DNA from: Heteronotia binoei
Lineage: Eukaryota
Assembly: GCF_032191835.1 (NCBI RefSeq)
Contig: NC_083234.1
Coordinates: forward strand, 47,802,001-47,866,000
Direction: 5' to 3'
DNA length: 64,000 nucleotides
Positions 22,101 to 34,101 of this stretch are shown piece after piece. The notes under the pieces were generated by a model. That model ran no database searches. It had not been told where the DNA came from and worked only from the letters and a program-made list of their open reading frames with translations. Within the stretch, counting starts at the first letter, position 1; each line of letters starts with the position of its first letter. A program made the position numbers and the translations under genes.

Positions 22101-22199
22101 AGAGACAATCCACAAGTATTACAGAGACAATCCACAAAATACATTTTTGTTGTTGTTAAAAGAAAGGAATGTATCAAATATACTCACAAGCCTGGTCAT
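14875..22199 (-). CDS. GKN2: Gastrokine-2, 182 aa, six exons: complement(join(14875..14957,17920..18073,19062..19172,19687..19818,20706..20762,22188..22199))
   Basis: Spliced 549-nt ORF: [23 protein letters not shown]-...TVTIDNEN...[27 protein letters not shown]...[19 protein letters not shown]...[16 protein letters not shown]...[27 protein letters not shown]. Closely matches human GKN2 motifs ([39 protein letters not shown]). Minus strand, head-to-head with GKN1 as in mammals. Confidence 0.95.
15030..15450 (+). mobile_element. L1/Tx1-like LINE ORF2 3' fragment
   Basis: [15 protein letters not shown]-like motif typical of L1-clade ORF2 C-termini; degenerate. A related fragment lies at about 15830-16020. 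Confidence 0.5.
15571..15789 (+). mobile_element. 5S rRNA-derived SINE with two internal micro-duplications
   Basis: gatcttggaagctaagcagg...tacttggaagggagacc (5S A/C boxes); gtgccaagat and ttggaagctaagca each occur twice. Confidence 0.7.
16057..17560 (-). mobile_element. L2-clade LINE, 5'-truncated, in GKN2 intron 5
   Basis: RT motifs [31 protein letters not shown] and LHWLP in two overlapping ORFs (one frameshift); 3' UTR ending gccgccctgagcc...gggcgggatataa with a (TAAA)n tail at 16057-16106. Confidence 0.93.
17920..18073 (-). CDS. GKN2: GKN2 exon 5
   Basis: tctttcag|ATGCTG...GAAA|gtgagt; 154 nt. Confidence 0.94.
18595..18676 (+). mobile_element. Short L2 3' end with (TAAA)n tail
   Basis: gccaccctgagcc...gggagggcgggatataaata...aaataaataaataaa. 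Confidence 0.75.
19062..19172 (-). CDS. GKN2: GKN2 exon 4
   Basis: tgacag|GGATAC...AAACAG|gtaact; 111 nt. Confidence 0.94.
19687..19818 (-). CDS. GKN2: GKN2 exon 3
   Basis: ttcttag|GTCTAC...AAACAT|gtaagt; 132 nt. Confidence 0.94.
20706..20762 (-). CDS. GKN2: GKN2 exon 2 (signal peptide)
   Basis: cttttccag|CTAATA...TTTCAG|gtaag; 57 nt. Confidence 0.88.
22188..22199 (-). CDS. GKN2: GKN2 exon 1 (MTRL)
   Basis: aaaaATGACCAGGCTT|gtgagt, with a TATA box about 70 nt upstream. Confidence 0.8.
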
Positions 22200-22265
22200 T
22201 TTTCCTCAGATAAGAGCGAGAGGCTAATAAGGAGCAAATGGAATAAAATTACGGAGACTTCAGAT

Positions 22266-22272
22266 TTTTATA
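22266..22272 (-). promoter_or_regulatory. GKN2 TATA box
   Basis: TATAAAA on the minus strand; WGATAR sites at 22364-22369 and 22386-22391. Confidence 0.65.
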
Positions 22273-23127
22273 TCTTGCCATTAGGTGTGAGAAACACTTC
22301 CCAGAAATATGCCTCGTGAACTCAGCGATTCCATATCTGTGGGACACGCCACAGTAAACGGCTTTATCTGAATTTTAGCCTGTGCAGATAGCCAGGCCCT
22401 GATACCTCCAGAGCTCATTAACAAGCCATGACAAATACCAAATTGGTCATTTTGCAAATATTAATTAACTCTTTCAGGTTGCTTGCATGTCCTGTGTGGT
22501 ATCACTATTGGGACACCAATGTCATTTCTTTTTAAAATCTTGGCCTTCTTAAAATGTAGCAGCAAAGAGGACATGTGCATTTGGAGATAAGACTCTAGAA
22601 TCACTGAGTTGGTGGGAATCACAAGGCCATCTAGTGAACTAGCCTAGTCTGGAAGGCAGAAACAGGCCAACTATGGCCTGAGGGCAGGGGCCACATCCAG
22701 CTCTCAAGCTGCTTAACAATTTGTCAGGGGCATCAGCCCACTAAACTACAACATCAGCTAGGAGGCCAATCCTGAACAACAGCTCAGGAGCCATGAGGAG
22801 CAGCAGAGTGACTGAGAGAGAGTCACATTTGTGCCTCTGGCCACTTCTGATGTCTCCAAATTGGACACTGAAGTCTTAGCAGTCAGTGCTGCAAGAATCA
22901 GCATCCAAGTTAAATTCCTCAATATCTATCAGGAAGCCCCAAACCCATAGGTGCTGAGGGACAAAAGGACCCTGCTTCTATGTGACCTTGTCCATAATTC
23001 ACAAGGGCGCTTTTAAACAATTGATTTGCTTTTAGAAAGTATGCCCTGATGCAGTCTTGAAGATTAATAGCAAGAGGTAATATGTATACCATGGTTATAA
23101 AGTGGTTTTGGAGTGTTCTAAGCTTAT

Positions 23128-23423
23128 GCCCCATGGCACAGAGTGGTAAAGCTGCAGTACTGCAGTCCTAAGCTCTGCTCACGACCTGAGTTTGATCCCA
23201 GCGGAAGCTGGGTTCAAGTAGCCAGCTCCAGGTTGACTCAGCCTTCCATCCTTCCAAGGTTGGTAAAATGAGTGCCCAGCTTGCTGGGGGGAAAGTGTAG
23301 ATGACTGGAGAAGGCAATGCCAAACCACCCAGTAAAAAAAGTCTGCCATGAAAACGTCATGATGTGACATCACTCCAGATTGGAAACAACTGGTGATTGC
23401 ACAGGGGACTACCTTTACCTTTT
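23128..23423 (+). mobile_element. Sauria-type tRNA-derived SINE
   Basis: gcagagtggtaaagctgcagtactgcag head and ACCTTTACCTTT tail; TSD-like flanks taagcttat/taagcatat. Confidence 0.8.
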
Positions 23424-24381
23424 TAAGCATATGGACCCATAGGTTGTAGCTTTCTCACAAGCGCCCTGCATGGCAGATCAGGATTACCATCCTGTGTTAT
23501 AAAAGGACCTCCCCAAAAATGGCCTCATGAATTCATGGTGGAGGCAAGATTTGCTTGTGCTAAGCTATTTACATAACAAATGGAGGCTGAGGAAAGGAGG
23601 ACGAATCTTGCTTGCCTCTGGGTTCAATATTATTAAACTGCACACTAATCTGTTAAATATTTTCAGGGTTTCGTTCTCTCCTTCATACAGCATACTGTGA
23701 GCCAACATCACAAGTGTTGATATTTTTTTTGTAGACTTCCAGTTGTTTTCATTTGTAAATTTTGTTTTTAATCTTCCTGCAAGATTGAAGGGCAATGCAG
23801 TGTTCATACAACTGGATGAATTGGCAGATTTTTAAAAACTGGCTTTTGGTTTGTTGTTTTATTGTCTTTCCTCAAATGATCCTGTAGTTTGATTTCCAGT
23901 TGTTGCAAAAACCACATATTTTACACAGTGATTTTATAAGGGTCATATTTGCATGCAATCTGTGTCCTACACCTCCATTTGTGAGTCTTTCCTGAACCTT
24001 TGATGAGGTAAGTGGCTTGATTGATGGTTTCTGGATGAAGCTAGGAATATGTTTCTACAGTTCTGTAACTTGCTATGAAAAGCTAGAGTTAATTTTAGCA
24101 ACTGAAACAGTTCTATCAAGACCAAGTGGAAGTTTAAGTGCAATCCTAAACAGAATAAGACTCTTCAAACATCAGATGAAGTCAGTGGGATTAGAAAGGT
24201 GTATCTCTGCTTAGACTTGTAATGTAAGATTTGATTTCTGAGCATTCATCAGTGGCATCCTCCATCCTGCATCATCTAGTCTGACAAATGCCTTGAAGTA
24301 ACACATGCCTTGGAACTGCATCTCAGTTGCAGTTGTGATAATATTTTCAAAGAAGGCAACTCCAACAGTACTGAAAACAAG

Positions 24382-24943
24382 CAGGGGTGTTGAACTCATT
24401 TGTTATGAGGATCTGACATAAATGAGACCTTGCTGGACCAGGCCATGTGTGACATAAAATGTAATGTCAGGTAGCAGAGATATAAACTTTATAAAGGGCA
24501 CAAACACAAAGATTTTTTAAAAACATGCTTAAAACACTAGCACATGTTGGACTTAAAGGTGCTTTCTTTGTATCTCTCCCATGCAATCCAGGCTCTCTCA
24601 GTTGCACAGCAAAGCTACTGAGCCAAGCCTCTCTTCCTTCTATTGGCTGAGGCTCTCCCTCCTCCTGGTCCCTTGGAGAAGGAAGGAAAGAGCCAGAGCT
24701 TCCTTTGAAGCAAGCTATCCCTCCCCACCTTCCTCCCCAAGGGAGGAGCCTCAGTCAATGGAGAAAATAGAGGCTTTGCTCTATAGCTCCTGAGCATTAA
24801 GCAAGCTTGGCAAAGCAAGCTGTGATGCAGAAGGAAGCAAGAGAGAGAGAGAAAGAAGCAGATGATAGCCAGTTGCTCAAGGGCCTGAAAGGAGCCCTCT
24901 GGGGGCCTGATTTGGCCCCCAGGACACATGTTTGACACCCCTG
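24382..24943. mobile_element. Non-autonomous hAT-like DNA transposon
   Basis: Termini caggggtgttgaac...tttgacacccctg; no TSD resolved. Confidence 0.55.
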
Positions 24944-25046
24944 CGTTACAGGGAGGGGAATTATTTATTATGAGCTTTGCAGCATCACCACTACTCATGT
25001 TATCTGCCTCTGAAGTAAGGATTCACAATGGACTTGAAACTTAGAA

Positions 25047-25442
25047 TTGCCAATTCTACATTGGGAAATACCTGGAAATTTGAAGGGGGGTGTGGAGCCT
25101 GGAGAGAGCAAGGTTTGGGAGGGGAGGGGCTTCAATAAGTTATAATGTCATACAGTCCGCCCAGTGCCGGTCTTAAACTGTTTGGCACCCTAGGCAAGGC
25201 ACCCTAACTTCTGGCACCCCACCCTGCACTGATAACATCGCCAAGTCACATGGGGGTGTCCAATTTGTCTCCCTCAGAAGGCCAGTGCCTTAGACAATCA
25301 CCTAGTTTGCCTAGTGGCAAGGCTGCCCCTGAGTCCTCCCTCCAAAGCAGCCATTTTCTCCAGGTGCACTAATATCTATCACCTGGAGATCAGTTGTACT
25401 AGCTGAAGATCTCTAACCATCACCTGGAGGCTGGCAAACCTA
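25047..25442. mobile_element. Short hAT MITE carrying a nested MITE (25162-25331)
   Basis: Inner element cagtgccgg...ggctgcccctg is flanked by agtccgcc/agtcctcc (7 of 8 match). Confidence 0.6.
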
Positions 25443-28062
25443 TAAAACTGCATGCCATGTAACCTTTCAAAATTGCATGCCATGAATTTCAATTCACTCT
25501 GTAGATACTGAAGCAGCCAGCTAGGACAGAGCAATTTATCTCTTTGAAAAATTTGCCCCAAGTGTCAGAATAGACGGTGTTGATATGTGGCAGAAAAAGG
25601 GCCAAGCAAAGATCTTCAGCAGAAATAGTTAATGTTGTCTCCACAGAAGTAAGGGAAGTGTAGTGTCATAAAAAAACACAAAACCTGGAAAGTCCCAACC
25701 AGAGCACTTTCTGTGACTTCGTATCAAGTACACACCTTTGAAAGCTCACCCTTTTCCTTACTTACAGGTGCTCACAGAAGTGGCTCCTGCCTTTAACAAA
25801 CATTTTTGTCCACACCTCTTGTCAGCTAACTTATTAATTAAAAGGGAGGAGAAGGGAAGGCAGGGTGCTTCGTTTTGTGCTCCAGTCCTAAGAGTGTTTA
25901 CTTGCATAGTTTAAATTGAATCTAGGGCTTCAAATGCCTTCATATGTACATATGTATGCAAATGTTTAAAGACACATATATACCATCCCTTTCTAACTGG
26001 CCCATATTTTGAACTAAACTGAAAGGACCAAGAACATGCTCTTTAACCTCTTCTGTCCTAACAGGGGCTTTAGATACATGGGGAGCACTGACAGCTGATA
26101 GCATTACATCACTTTTTGGGAAAACCTGGAAGTGGCATTAGTCTGTTCTAGGAGTTACTCTATGGTATGAGTCTCCAGCAATTCCTAGAGCAGACTGATA
26201 TCACCTCCAGGTTTTCCCTAAAAGTGATATAATATTGTCAACCAGCAGCTATTATTATTATTTGTCTCCTGACAACCATCGGATTGGAAGCAGCACACAG
26301 AATTATGATTGGTTTGCAGAGATCAGTTCACCTGGAGAGAATAACTATTTTGGAGGGTAGACTATATGGCATTATATCCCACAGAATTCCCTCCCTTCCC
26401 CCAAACCCCAGCCTCCCCAGTGTCCACCTCTATATCTCCAGGAATTTTCAAACTCCAGAGTTGGCATTGGCAACTGTTTGGGAGAAAGTGACTAAGATGC
26501 ATAATAACTTGTGGAGGGTCCTTGGGTTCAGAGGCAATGAAATCAAACTTAAATTAAATTAAAATTAAATGCTAGAGACTAAGTGTGGAAGACCTTTGGG
26601 CTCTGGATTTGTCCCTGGACGTCCACTTGTCTTACATGGAAGCCACATGGCCAGTGTGGGCCTGGATTTCCTTGTGTCAGATGGCATGTAAACCCTACCT
26701 TAATTCACAGAATGTTCCTCCAAGCAAACATTCTTAGCACATTGAAAATTAGCATGTTATCCTGGAAGCCTTCTGCCTGATTTCTAAGCCAAGAGAGGGG
26801 ACTTGCATGGAGGGGGATCACATGAGTCTGCCACCTGCCTGAAGTGGTCCAACCCAGTGAGATGAATCACCGCAGTGAGAAGCCAGAAAAGAAGTCAAAA
26901 ACATCATTTCAGAAGGTTATGGATTCAATATTAAAAGATTGTGAGATGCCCTTTAAAAGTTCTGCTTGGGGCGTTGGGGAGGACTTTTTCATGAATGCAT
27001 TCTGCTAGCGTAAAATATAAATATCTGCAATCACACAAGCAAAGTGAACTGAGTGACAGAAGAGGCTTCAGAATCCTTGGGGAAGGCACCAGTTCCACAG
27101 AAAGGCTCACACAGTTGGCTCAATACCTATAGTTGTGGGACTTTCATCAATGTCATGATGTTTTAAGTAACAAGCCAAAGATGGTTGCCACCCCAAAGAA
27201 CTTAGGCCTGACTTAAATATGATGCGGACAACAAGTAGAACTTAGTTGTACAGCTTTGCTTGCTCATGTCCAGCATCTTGTTCAAACTGGGACACTAAAT
27301 ATGCAAAACATATGCATTGTAAGCATAGCAGCATAAGGTTGCCAAGGTGCTGCGAAATTCCTGGAGATTTAGGGAATGGATCCTGGGGAGGGCAGAGTTT
27401 AGGGAGGGGAGGGACTTCAGCAGGATATAAAACCATAGAATCCACCTTCCAAAGCAGCTCTTTTCTCCTAGGGAAACTGACCTCTGTAGTCTGGAGATCA
27501 GTTGTAATGCCAGGAGATCTCCAGTACCCACCTGGAGGCTGGCAACCCTAAGATCTCTGGCATAAATTCTGCCTCAGTGCCACTGGTAGATCTGGATCTC
27601 CAGCCAAGCTGCCCAAGTGACTTCTAGGGGAGGCACAGTGAGGTGGGCATTGATGCACTCCAGGAGCTTGGCTCATTACCAGCCCTCAGTGACACAGGAG
27701 GTGGCTGGCATCATCTCTTAAGTGTGCTCTGCACCACCAGGGCCCTAGCCAAGATGCCCAGGATCTGGACTGGGAACTGGGCAGTAGCAGCAGCACAGGC
27801 CCAGGAGTTAAAGGGGAAAAAAATATGCATTGCTTTTCATCCACCCAATGCCTATATGTTATCTGCCCTCAATAAAATCTAAGCTTACAAATCTAATTTT
27901 GCCAGAACTTCTGACATGTGCACTGATTTTACTGTATGGAATCTTATTTGTTTTATAAGATTAAACTCTGTCTAAATTAAGCATACTTTTTAAAATAAAA
28001 AGGACACATCCCACCCATTTGTTCTGTGTGATCAAAATGTTATTGATTATACTGTTTCCAGG

Positions 28063-28197
28063 TTATCTTTTATCTACAAAGTATAACTTATCTGTAGGGT
28101 GTCACCCAAGAAAGGCTGTGCTGTAATTCTAGAGAGATAAGGGACCATATCTCAATGACCTGTCTGCACCTAACTTTTGGAGAGCCATGTATATAAA
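28063..28197 (+). promoter_or_regulatory. GKN1 proximal promoter: four GATA sites plus TATA box
   Basis: TTATCT at 28063, 28070 and 28088; AGATAA at 28135; TATAAA at 28192-28197, 53 nt before the ATG. Confidence 0.7.
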
Positions 28198-28244
28198 GTG
28201 TAGGGTTGAACTCTGACTAGTCCCACATCTCTTCTAGCAACAAA

Positions 28245-28256
28245 ATGAAGCTGATT
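28245..28256 (+). CDS. GKN1: GKN1 exon 1 (MKLI)
   Basis: caaaATGAAGCTGATT|gtgagt. Confidence 0.82.
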
Positions 28257-31200
28257 GTGAGTATGCTTTTTCAAAAATTTCTTTTCAAAATCCTGGAACA
28301 TTTGGACTGTAGCCATTTTTTAAAGTTTTCAAACAGAGGGAAATTAATTTTGTAAAAAAAAAAAATCTGGAAGGTTCCTTAAAACCCACAGTACTTTGCT
28401 CAAGGAATAGTATTTTTAGAGTCACCATTTGGCTTTTGGGGATGATTTCCCCTTTAACTACTGGCTGGTTCACTATCTGTGGCAGTCAGATGGACTCATC
28501 TGTAAGGAGACATTACTTTAAACAGTCACATGGAAACTGAAATCTCTGTGACTGAATCAAGGCAATGTATTAATCACTAAACTGCAGTGCCATGTGGTGA
28601 CTGAATGCTCCCTTAAGACGTAATCTTTGCAGGGCACAGCCACCAAACATTAAGGGAGAAACTGAGGTTTCTTTGTTTATTTCAGGCTCAAACTGAAAAC
28701 CTTGTTTCCTGGCCTATAAACAGTCAACGTACCTATTAAAACTTTTACTTAAAAATAATTTGATCATTCTGTATCTGATAAAATATTATTAAATAGACGC
28801 ACAAAACACTGCCATACTCCATAGAATTTTATCCTGCATATATGCCTACCTAATTTGATTTCAAGAAAACGGGTTAAATTTCCAAGCTTTTTATCTCAGG
28901 GGAAAATGGATTTCACTGAATTCCAAATATAAGAGATGCAGGGATGATGGGGTGAGCTAGCTTATATAGATGGTATTACATTAGGCCAACACATTCCTTT
29001 TCTGAAATTTCATTTGTTTTCTCTAAAGGTGCGATATGATGCACTTCTGAGCATGTTCCACCAGACATTATATTCACAGTAGAGGGTTTCTCCCCTCCCC
29101 TAAGCATCAAATTAACTTCGTGGCTATGTTCTATGTTGAGAGGAGAGCTAGACTCCCAGAAGACCAACCTTTTATAATTCAGTATATATAAACAATACAT
29201 TATTTGGCCTGCTTGTTTGATTTGAAGAAAGAATAACTTTTACAAGAAACCTGGAATGGGGCGGGGGAAATCTATCAGCAAGATCAAGCAAGTCTTGTAC
29301 ATCTATAAATTGCATAAGCAAAACTGCAAAGGATACACTATGCCTCATAACAAAGCCATCTGTTCCCCGTAGCTTCTTTTTGGATAGGGACTTCTATATC
29401 TCCTTTAGCTTCCTAGGAGGCTGCTGTCATTTCCAATGTACTAATTGCTTGAGTAAATACAAGCTGCTTGAGTCTACTCATTGAACCCAGGGCTTAGTGG
29501 AATGCTGAGACACACAAAACAGATTTAAATTTGTTTTAAACTAATTGCATTACTATGCCTGCCCTAGGGTTGCCAATCCCCAGGTGGGGGCAGGGGATCC
29601 CCCAGTTTAGAGGCTCTCCCCCCACTTCAGGGTCATCAGAAAGCGGGGGGGAGGGGAGGGAAATGTCTGCTGGGAACTCTATTATTCCCTATAGAGATTT
29701 ATTCCCATAGAAAATCATGGAGAATTGGTATCTGGGGCTCGGGGGGGGCTGTTTTTTAGGGTAGTGGCACCAATTTTTCAGTATAGTGTCTAGTGCCTCT
29801 CCCCAAAATACCCCCCAAGTTTCAAAAAGATTGGACCAGGGGGTCCAATTCTATGAGCCCCAAAAGAAGGTGCCCCTATCCATTATTTCCTATGGAAGGA
29901 AGGCATTGAAAAGGTCGTCCCTTTAAATGTGATGGCCAGAACTCCCTTTGGAGTTCAATGATGCTTGTCACAGCCTTGATCTTGGCTCTACCCCAATGTC
30001 TCCTGGCTCCACCCCCAAAGTCCCCAGATATTTCTTGAATTGGACTTGGCAACCCTAGCCTGCCCCAAAGAACCTCAAGAAATGTTGACTTGCAAGGGAA
30101 GTTGGACTTCATAAATTTCATAAAGCCCTAGCTCTATACAGAACTACATTCCCTCATAACTTCAGCTGGGAGTCATGTTGTACAAGTTTCAGACTTGTAC
30201 AACAAGTTCTCAATAAGTAGTGCAAGGGCTATATGTTTTCCGCTAAATAGATCACATTGCTTTTTGCCTTCTTCCCTGCCAACTACATGGTTTGCTTCCT
30301 CTGGTTCTAAAATACTGGTTAGTAGAAGTTTTCCAGAAAAAGTAAACATAATGGAGAACTGGAAAGCCATGGGATTGTCAAAGGGATTCTGAATAGCCTG
30401 AAATTTGTCAAAATTGTCAAAAGTCTGTTTGAGGCAGAAGCTCAGTTCATGCTCCACATGTCCATATATGCATTACAGATTGAGTACAAAGAAGCTAGTG
30501 TGGACCTGGTGCGAGTATTCCATTGCATGTATGCCCATTGGAGGGTTGCAACTAGCGATAGTTCCCTGGTGCATATGCAACAAGTACTGAGACTGTGAAA
30601 TAGGTTAGTCATGGGTATTCTTAAGTCACAATTGAGCAACCCAGTAATGAATTTGAGCAAAAACCTACTGATTGCAGTGGGCCAGATTATTTTGGATTGT
30701 GGTTTTAAATCTATACAGTGCAAAGTGACCCAAGTACACCACCAGCAAATATCTGCATATAAGTATGAATTATGGTATTTTTGAAGGATGCAAATTCCCA
30801 TTTTGAAACTATATGAAAGGATGAACATTTGAACCATTTGAAGAATCCCCACCTCCTTTTTCCGCCTATCCAAAATAATTTCTTGTACAATATATGCTTG
30901 GGTCTATTCATCCTCATAAAATATTGAGAATAACTTTATTTGAATGAGACAATCTATTCAATTCAATGCTGCCATTCTTCTGAAATTCATTTCAGATTCT
31001 GAGTGCTGCTCTTCTGGGAGTTTTTCTGGCCCCAATCTTGGCCAGTAATGTAAGTACTGTGACAATTTACAGTTATTGCTTTCATACTGGCATTTCACAT
31101 TGTGCTTTGTTATTCAGTAGAATTTTGATAGTATATCTCCCTTATCTTACATTCTAATAGTCAAGTGTGGCCCAATCTGCAGATATCAAAATCCACAGAT

Positions 31201-34101
31201 TGGGGTCACACTGACTGTAAACAAACAGTTCTATAAACTTTGGGGGACCCCCAGATTTGCAAAAATATCTGAAAACTTTAAACCAGGGGTGTCAAACATG
31301 TGGCCCAGTGATGGCAGTGTCTGGGAGCCACTCTTTCTGGGCCTGGACCTAGGTGCAACAGCAGCAAAGTCCAGGAACTGCTCTGGGTCTGGGCTTGGTG
31401 ATGGCAGACTCCAGAAGCTGCTCTGGGCCCAGAGGTGGCTGCAGAGTCTTGGAACTATGCCAGGTTCGCTGACACTGGTGAGGAGGCCTCCTCTTTTACC
31501 CTTTCAATTCCACAGAGGTCAGTAGACTTAGAAGGGTGTAACCGTTAGAACTGCATTGTATAACTATTTTTAAAAACTCTTTCTTGGGAGATCTGGAATG
31601 CTGAATTCATGACTTTATCTTTTTTTTTTTGTCTTGTCTATTTTCCATCCAAGAATGTCAATGTAAATAACCAGGGAAATAGAGGAGGAAATTCCCACCA
31701 GTCCGTGAGTATCGATCACCAAAAGCAGGTGGTGAATGTTGACAATAACAACGGATGGCATTCATGGAACACCATTTGGGATTATGGCAATGTAAGGCAC
31801 CTGTGTGCACTTTTATTCCTTTATTTTACATATGATTGGGTTGGTATTGTTTCAAATAAATTTGTACTAATGGATTCTCATATACAATTATAAATTAAGG
31901 CTGACATCTTCAGCACATTCCTCTGAAAGTAGCTAGACTGTCTTCTGTGCAAATATATTTGCTTGTGTATAGACAATGGCAGTGACTCATTCACAATACT
32001 AACTTATTATAATGTCTAGTGTCTATATAGTATTCAAAACTTGTATTGCCTCAGTGATCCTTACAAGAGCATTGCAAAGTAGGCAACTATTATTTCCCCC
32101 CTATAGCAGTGTAAGCTACAATGCAGTGTATTCTGAGAGAATTTTTTGCCCTGGTTTATTGGGGAGGGGCCAAAGCTCAGTGGTAGGGTTTGTGAGGCTG
32201 AATGCCAAATGAGGCTGAATGAGGCTGAATACCACCACTTAAGTGATTTTCAGGTTGCAGAGCTGGAAACAACCTCACTTTATCCTGGTCCCTGGAGAAC
32301 CAGCCAAGCAGAGTACACATCGCAGAGCAAGATGGACCAGTGGTCTCTCTGAATCCAAAATGCATCTATGTACATTAAGTCAGACAAGACAAAGAACAGA
32401 AATTATATAGAAAATGAGCAATTTATTTCCTAAATTCCTATGCTATTTGTAACATGTGGCTGATTACCATATTGTTTGAACAGGGCTACACAGCTACCCG
32501 TATATTTACCAAGAAAGCCTGCGTTATTGCACCTCTGAATAAACAGATAATGCCCGATGTGACTGTCCTTCCACAAACCATCAAGGAAAAGCAGGTATGG
32601 TAAAAAGGATGCTTGATGCATGCTTTTTGGTAACAGTGGAGGCATTTGTTTTGTTTAAGTGAAGGAAAGTTTGGTGTAGTGGTTAAGTGTGCAGACTCTT
32701 ATCTGGGAGAACTGGGTTTGATTCTCCACTCCCCCACTTGCAGCTGCTGGAATGGCCTTGGATCAGCCATAGCTCTTGCAAGAGTTGTCCTTGAAAGGGC
32801 AGCTTTTGAGAGCACTCTCTCAGCCCCACCCACCTCACAGAGTGTCTGTTGTGGGAGAGGAAGATAAAGAATATTGTGAGCCGCTCTGAAACTCTGAGAT
32901 TCAGAATGGAGGGTGGAATATAAATCTCATATCATCGTCATCATCATATTCAGTACGGTAGGCTAAGAATAGTCAAAAAGAACATATAAAAAAGAATAGA
33001 CAAATTCTGATCTTTCAGTTGGCTACTAGTCATTTCCTCATGAATCCTCCATATAGAATTGCTGAACACTAATGGAGTCATCATTTTCATACCCTTCCAG
33101 GGATATTCTCCCTGGGATGTCTGACAGATTTAAACAGCAGGTTTTTATGGCAGACATACAGAAATGTAATATTAAATTGACCACTAGAGGGAACAAAACA
33201 TGCAGAAAAGAAAAAAAATGAAGCAATAGGAACTCAAAAGCAATGAAAATGAGAATGCGGAAGAGCCTATGAGCTGTAAAATCTGAATTTTCCCACTTAC
33301 ACAGTAAAGACTTTGTTGTGATCATTCCCAAATCTCTGGAGCAAAACAGGTTTGAGAAAGATAGGAGAAAAGCTGGTGAAATGCCCCAAAGTGCTCAGTG
33401 TGGATAACCCATGCAGAAATTGGCCAAGACTTAGTCCAGATTACAGTAAAGACAAAAAAACAAGGCCTCCCTGGCCTGGTTCCATAACTATATCCACTGA
33501 TCATATCAGAGCCAGTCTTTCAATGCTGTATCACTATTCTTTTTTTTTCTTTGTTGCATTTAGAAGAGTGGTTCTCAAGGACCTCCAGACAAGCAACTGA
33601 CTTACACTATCTCTCGGAATAAAGTCACTGACCTGAGCACATATGGAAAGAGTATTGAAAATCTGTGCAGAGGGATTCCCACTTACCTTGCCCATGAAGT
33701 TAAAGGTGAGCATAACTTTTGAGCAACTTTCATAAACCTGTATGTTTTTGCAGAATGCAAACAAGAGTGTTTCTTTGTTAGGAACATGCAGTGGTTTTGC
33801 CCTGCTGCCCACCTTACACTTACAATAGTGTAATTTATGAGGAATGAGTCCTACAAAAGCGGGGGGGCGGGGAGCCACAAGAGTTATTGGTACAAAATCA
33901 ACTTGGTTTGTGTAGATATACTCATAAGCTGCAGGGCCCTAAAAATGACATTGCCCTGTTTCTTTCCAAGTGTCAGCCTGACAATGCTACTTCTTTTCTT
34001 TTTCAGCACCAAGTTTTCTCTATGTCTCTGGATCATGTTTCAACGCTAACATCCTTTGCATCCTTGGAATAAGCTTCTGTGGAGAAACTTGGGGATACTG
34101 A
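28245..34101 (+). CDS. GKN1: Gastrokine-1, 183 aa, six exons: join(28245..28256,30996..31049,31654..31791,32484..32594,33564..33705,34007..34101)
   Basis: Spliced 552-nt ORF: MKLI-ILSAALLGVFLAPILASN-NVNVNN...VNVDNNNGWHSWNTIWDYGN-GYTATRIFTKKACVI...KEKQ-KSGSQGPPDKQLTY...IENLCRGIPTYLAHEVK-APSFLYVSGSCFNANILCILGISFCGETWGY*. Matches human GKN1 motifs LLGVFLAP, NVDNNNGWDSWNSIWDYGN, CRGIPTY and ISFCG. Confidence 0.95.
29565..30057. mobile_element. hAT MITE (about 490 bp) in GKN1 intron 1
   Basis: TIRs TAGGGTTGCCAA / TTGGCAACCCTA; perfect 8-bp TSD GCCTGCCC. Confidence 0.9.
30996..31049 (+). CDS. GKN1: GKN1 exon 2 (signal peptide)
   Basis: atttcag|ATTCTG...AGTAAT|gtaagt; 54 nt. Confidence 0.92.
31654..31791 (+). 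CDS. GKN1: GKN1 exon 3
   Basis: catccaag|AATGTC...GGCAAT|gtaagg; 138 nt. Confidence 0.94.
32484..32594 (+). CDS. GKN1: GKN1 exon 4
   Basis: gaacag|GGCTAC...AAGCAG|gtatgg; 111 nt. Confidence 0.93.
32661..32947 (+). mobile_element. Squam3-like tRNA-derived SINE with L2-type tail
   Basis: gtttggtgtagtggttaagtg (A box)...gggtttgattc (B box)...tgtgagccgctctga...(TCA)n tail. Confidence 0.8.
33564..33705 (+). CDS. GKN1: GKN1 exon 5
   Basis: atttag|AAGAGT...AAAG|gtgag; 142 nt. Confidence 0.94.
34007..34101 (+). CDS. GKN1: GKN1 exon 6
   Basis: ttttcag|CACCA...TACTGA; 95 nt. Confidence 0.92.

Noticed and set aside
22097-22137. 19-bp direct repeat (ttacagagacaatccacaa, period 22) near the GKN2 exon 1 donor
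   Set aside because: Only two units and no spacer array; ordinary slippage duplication, not CRISPR-like.
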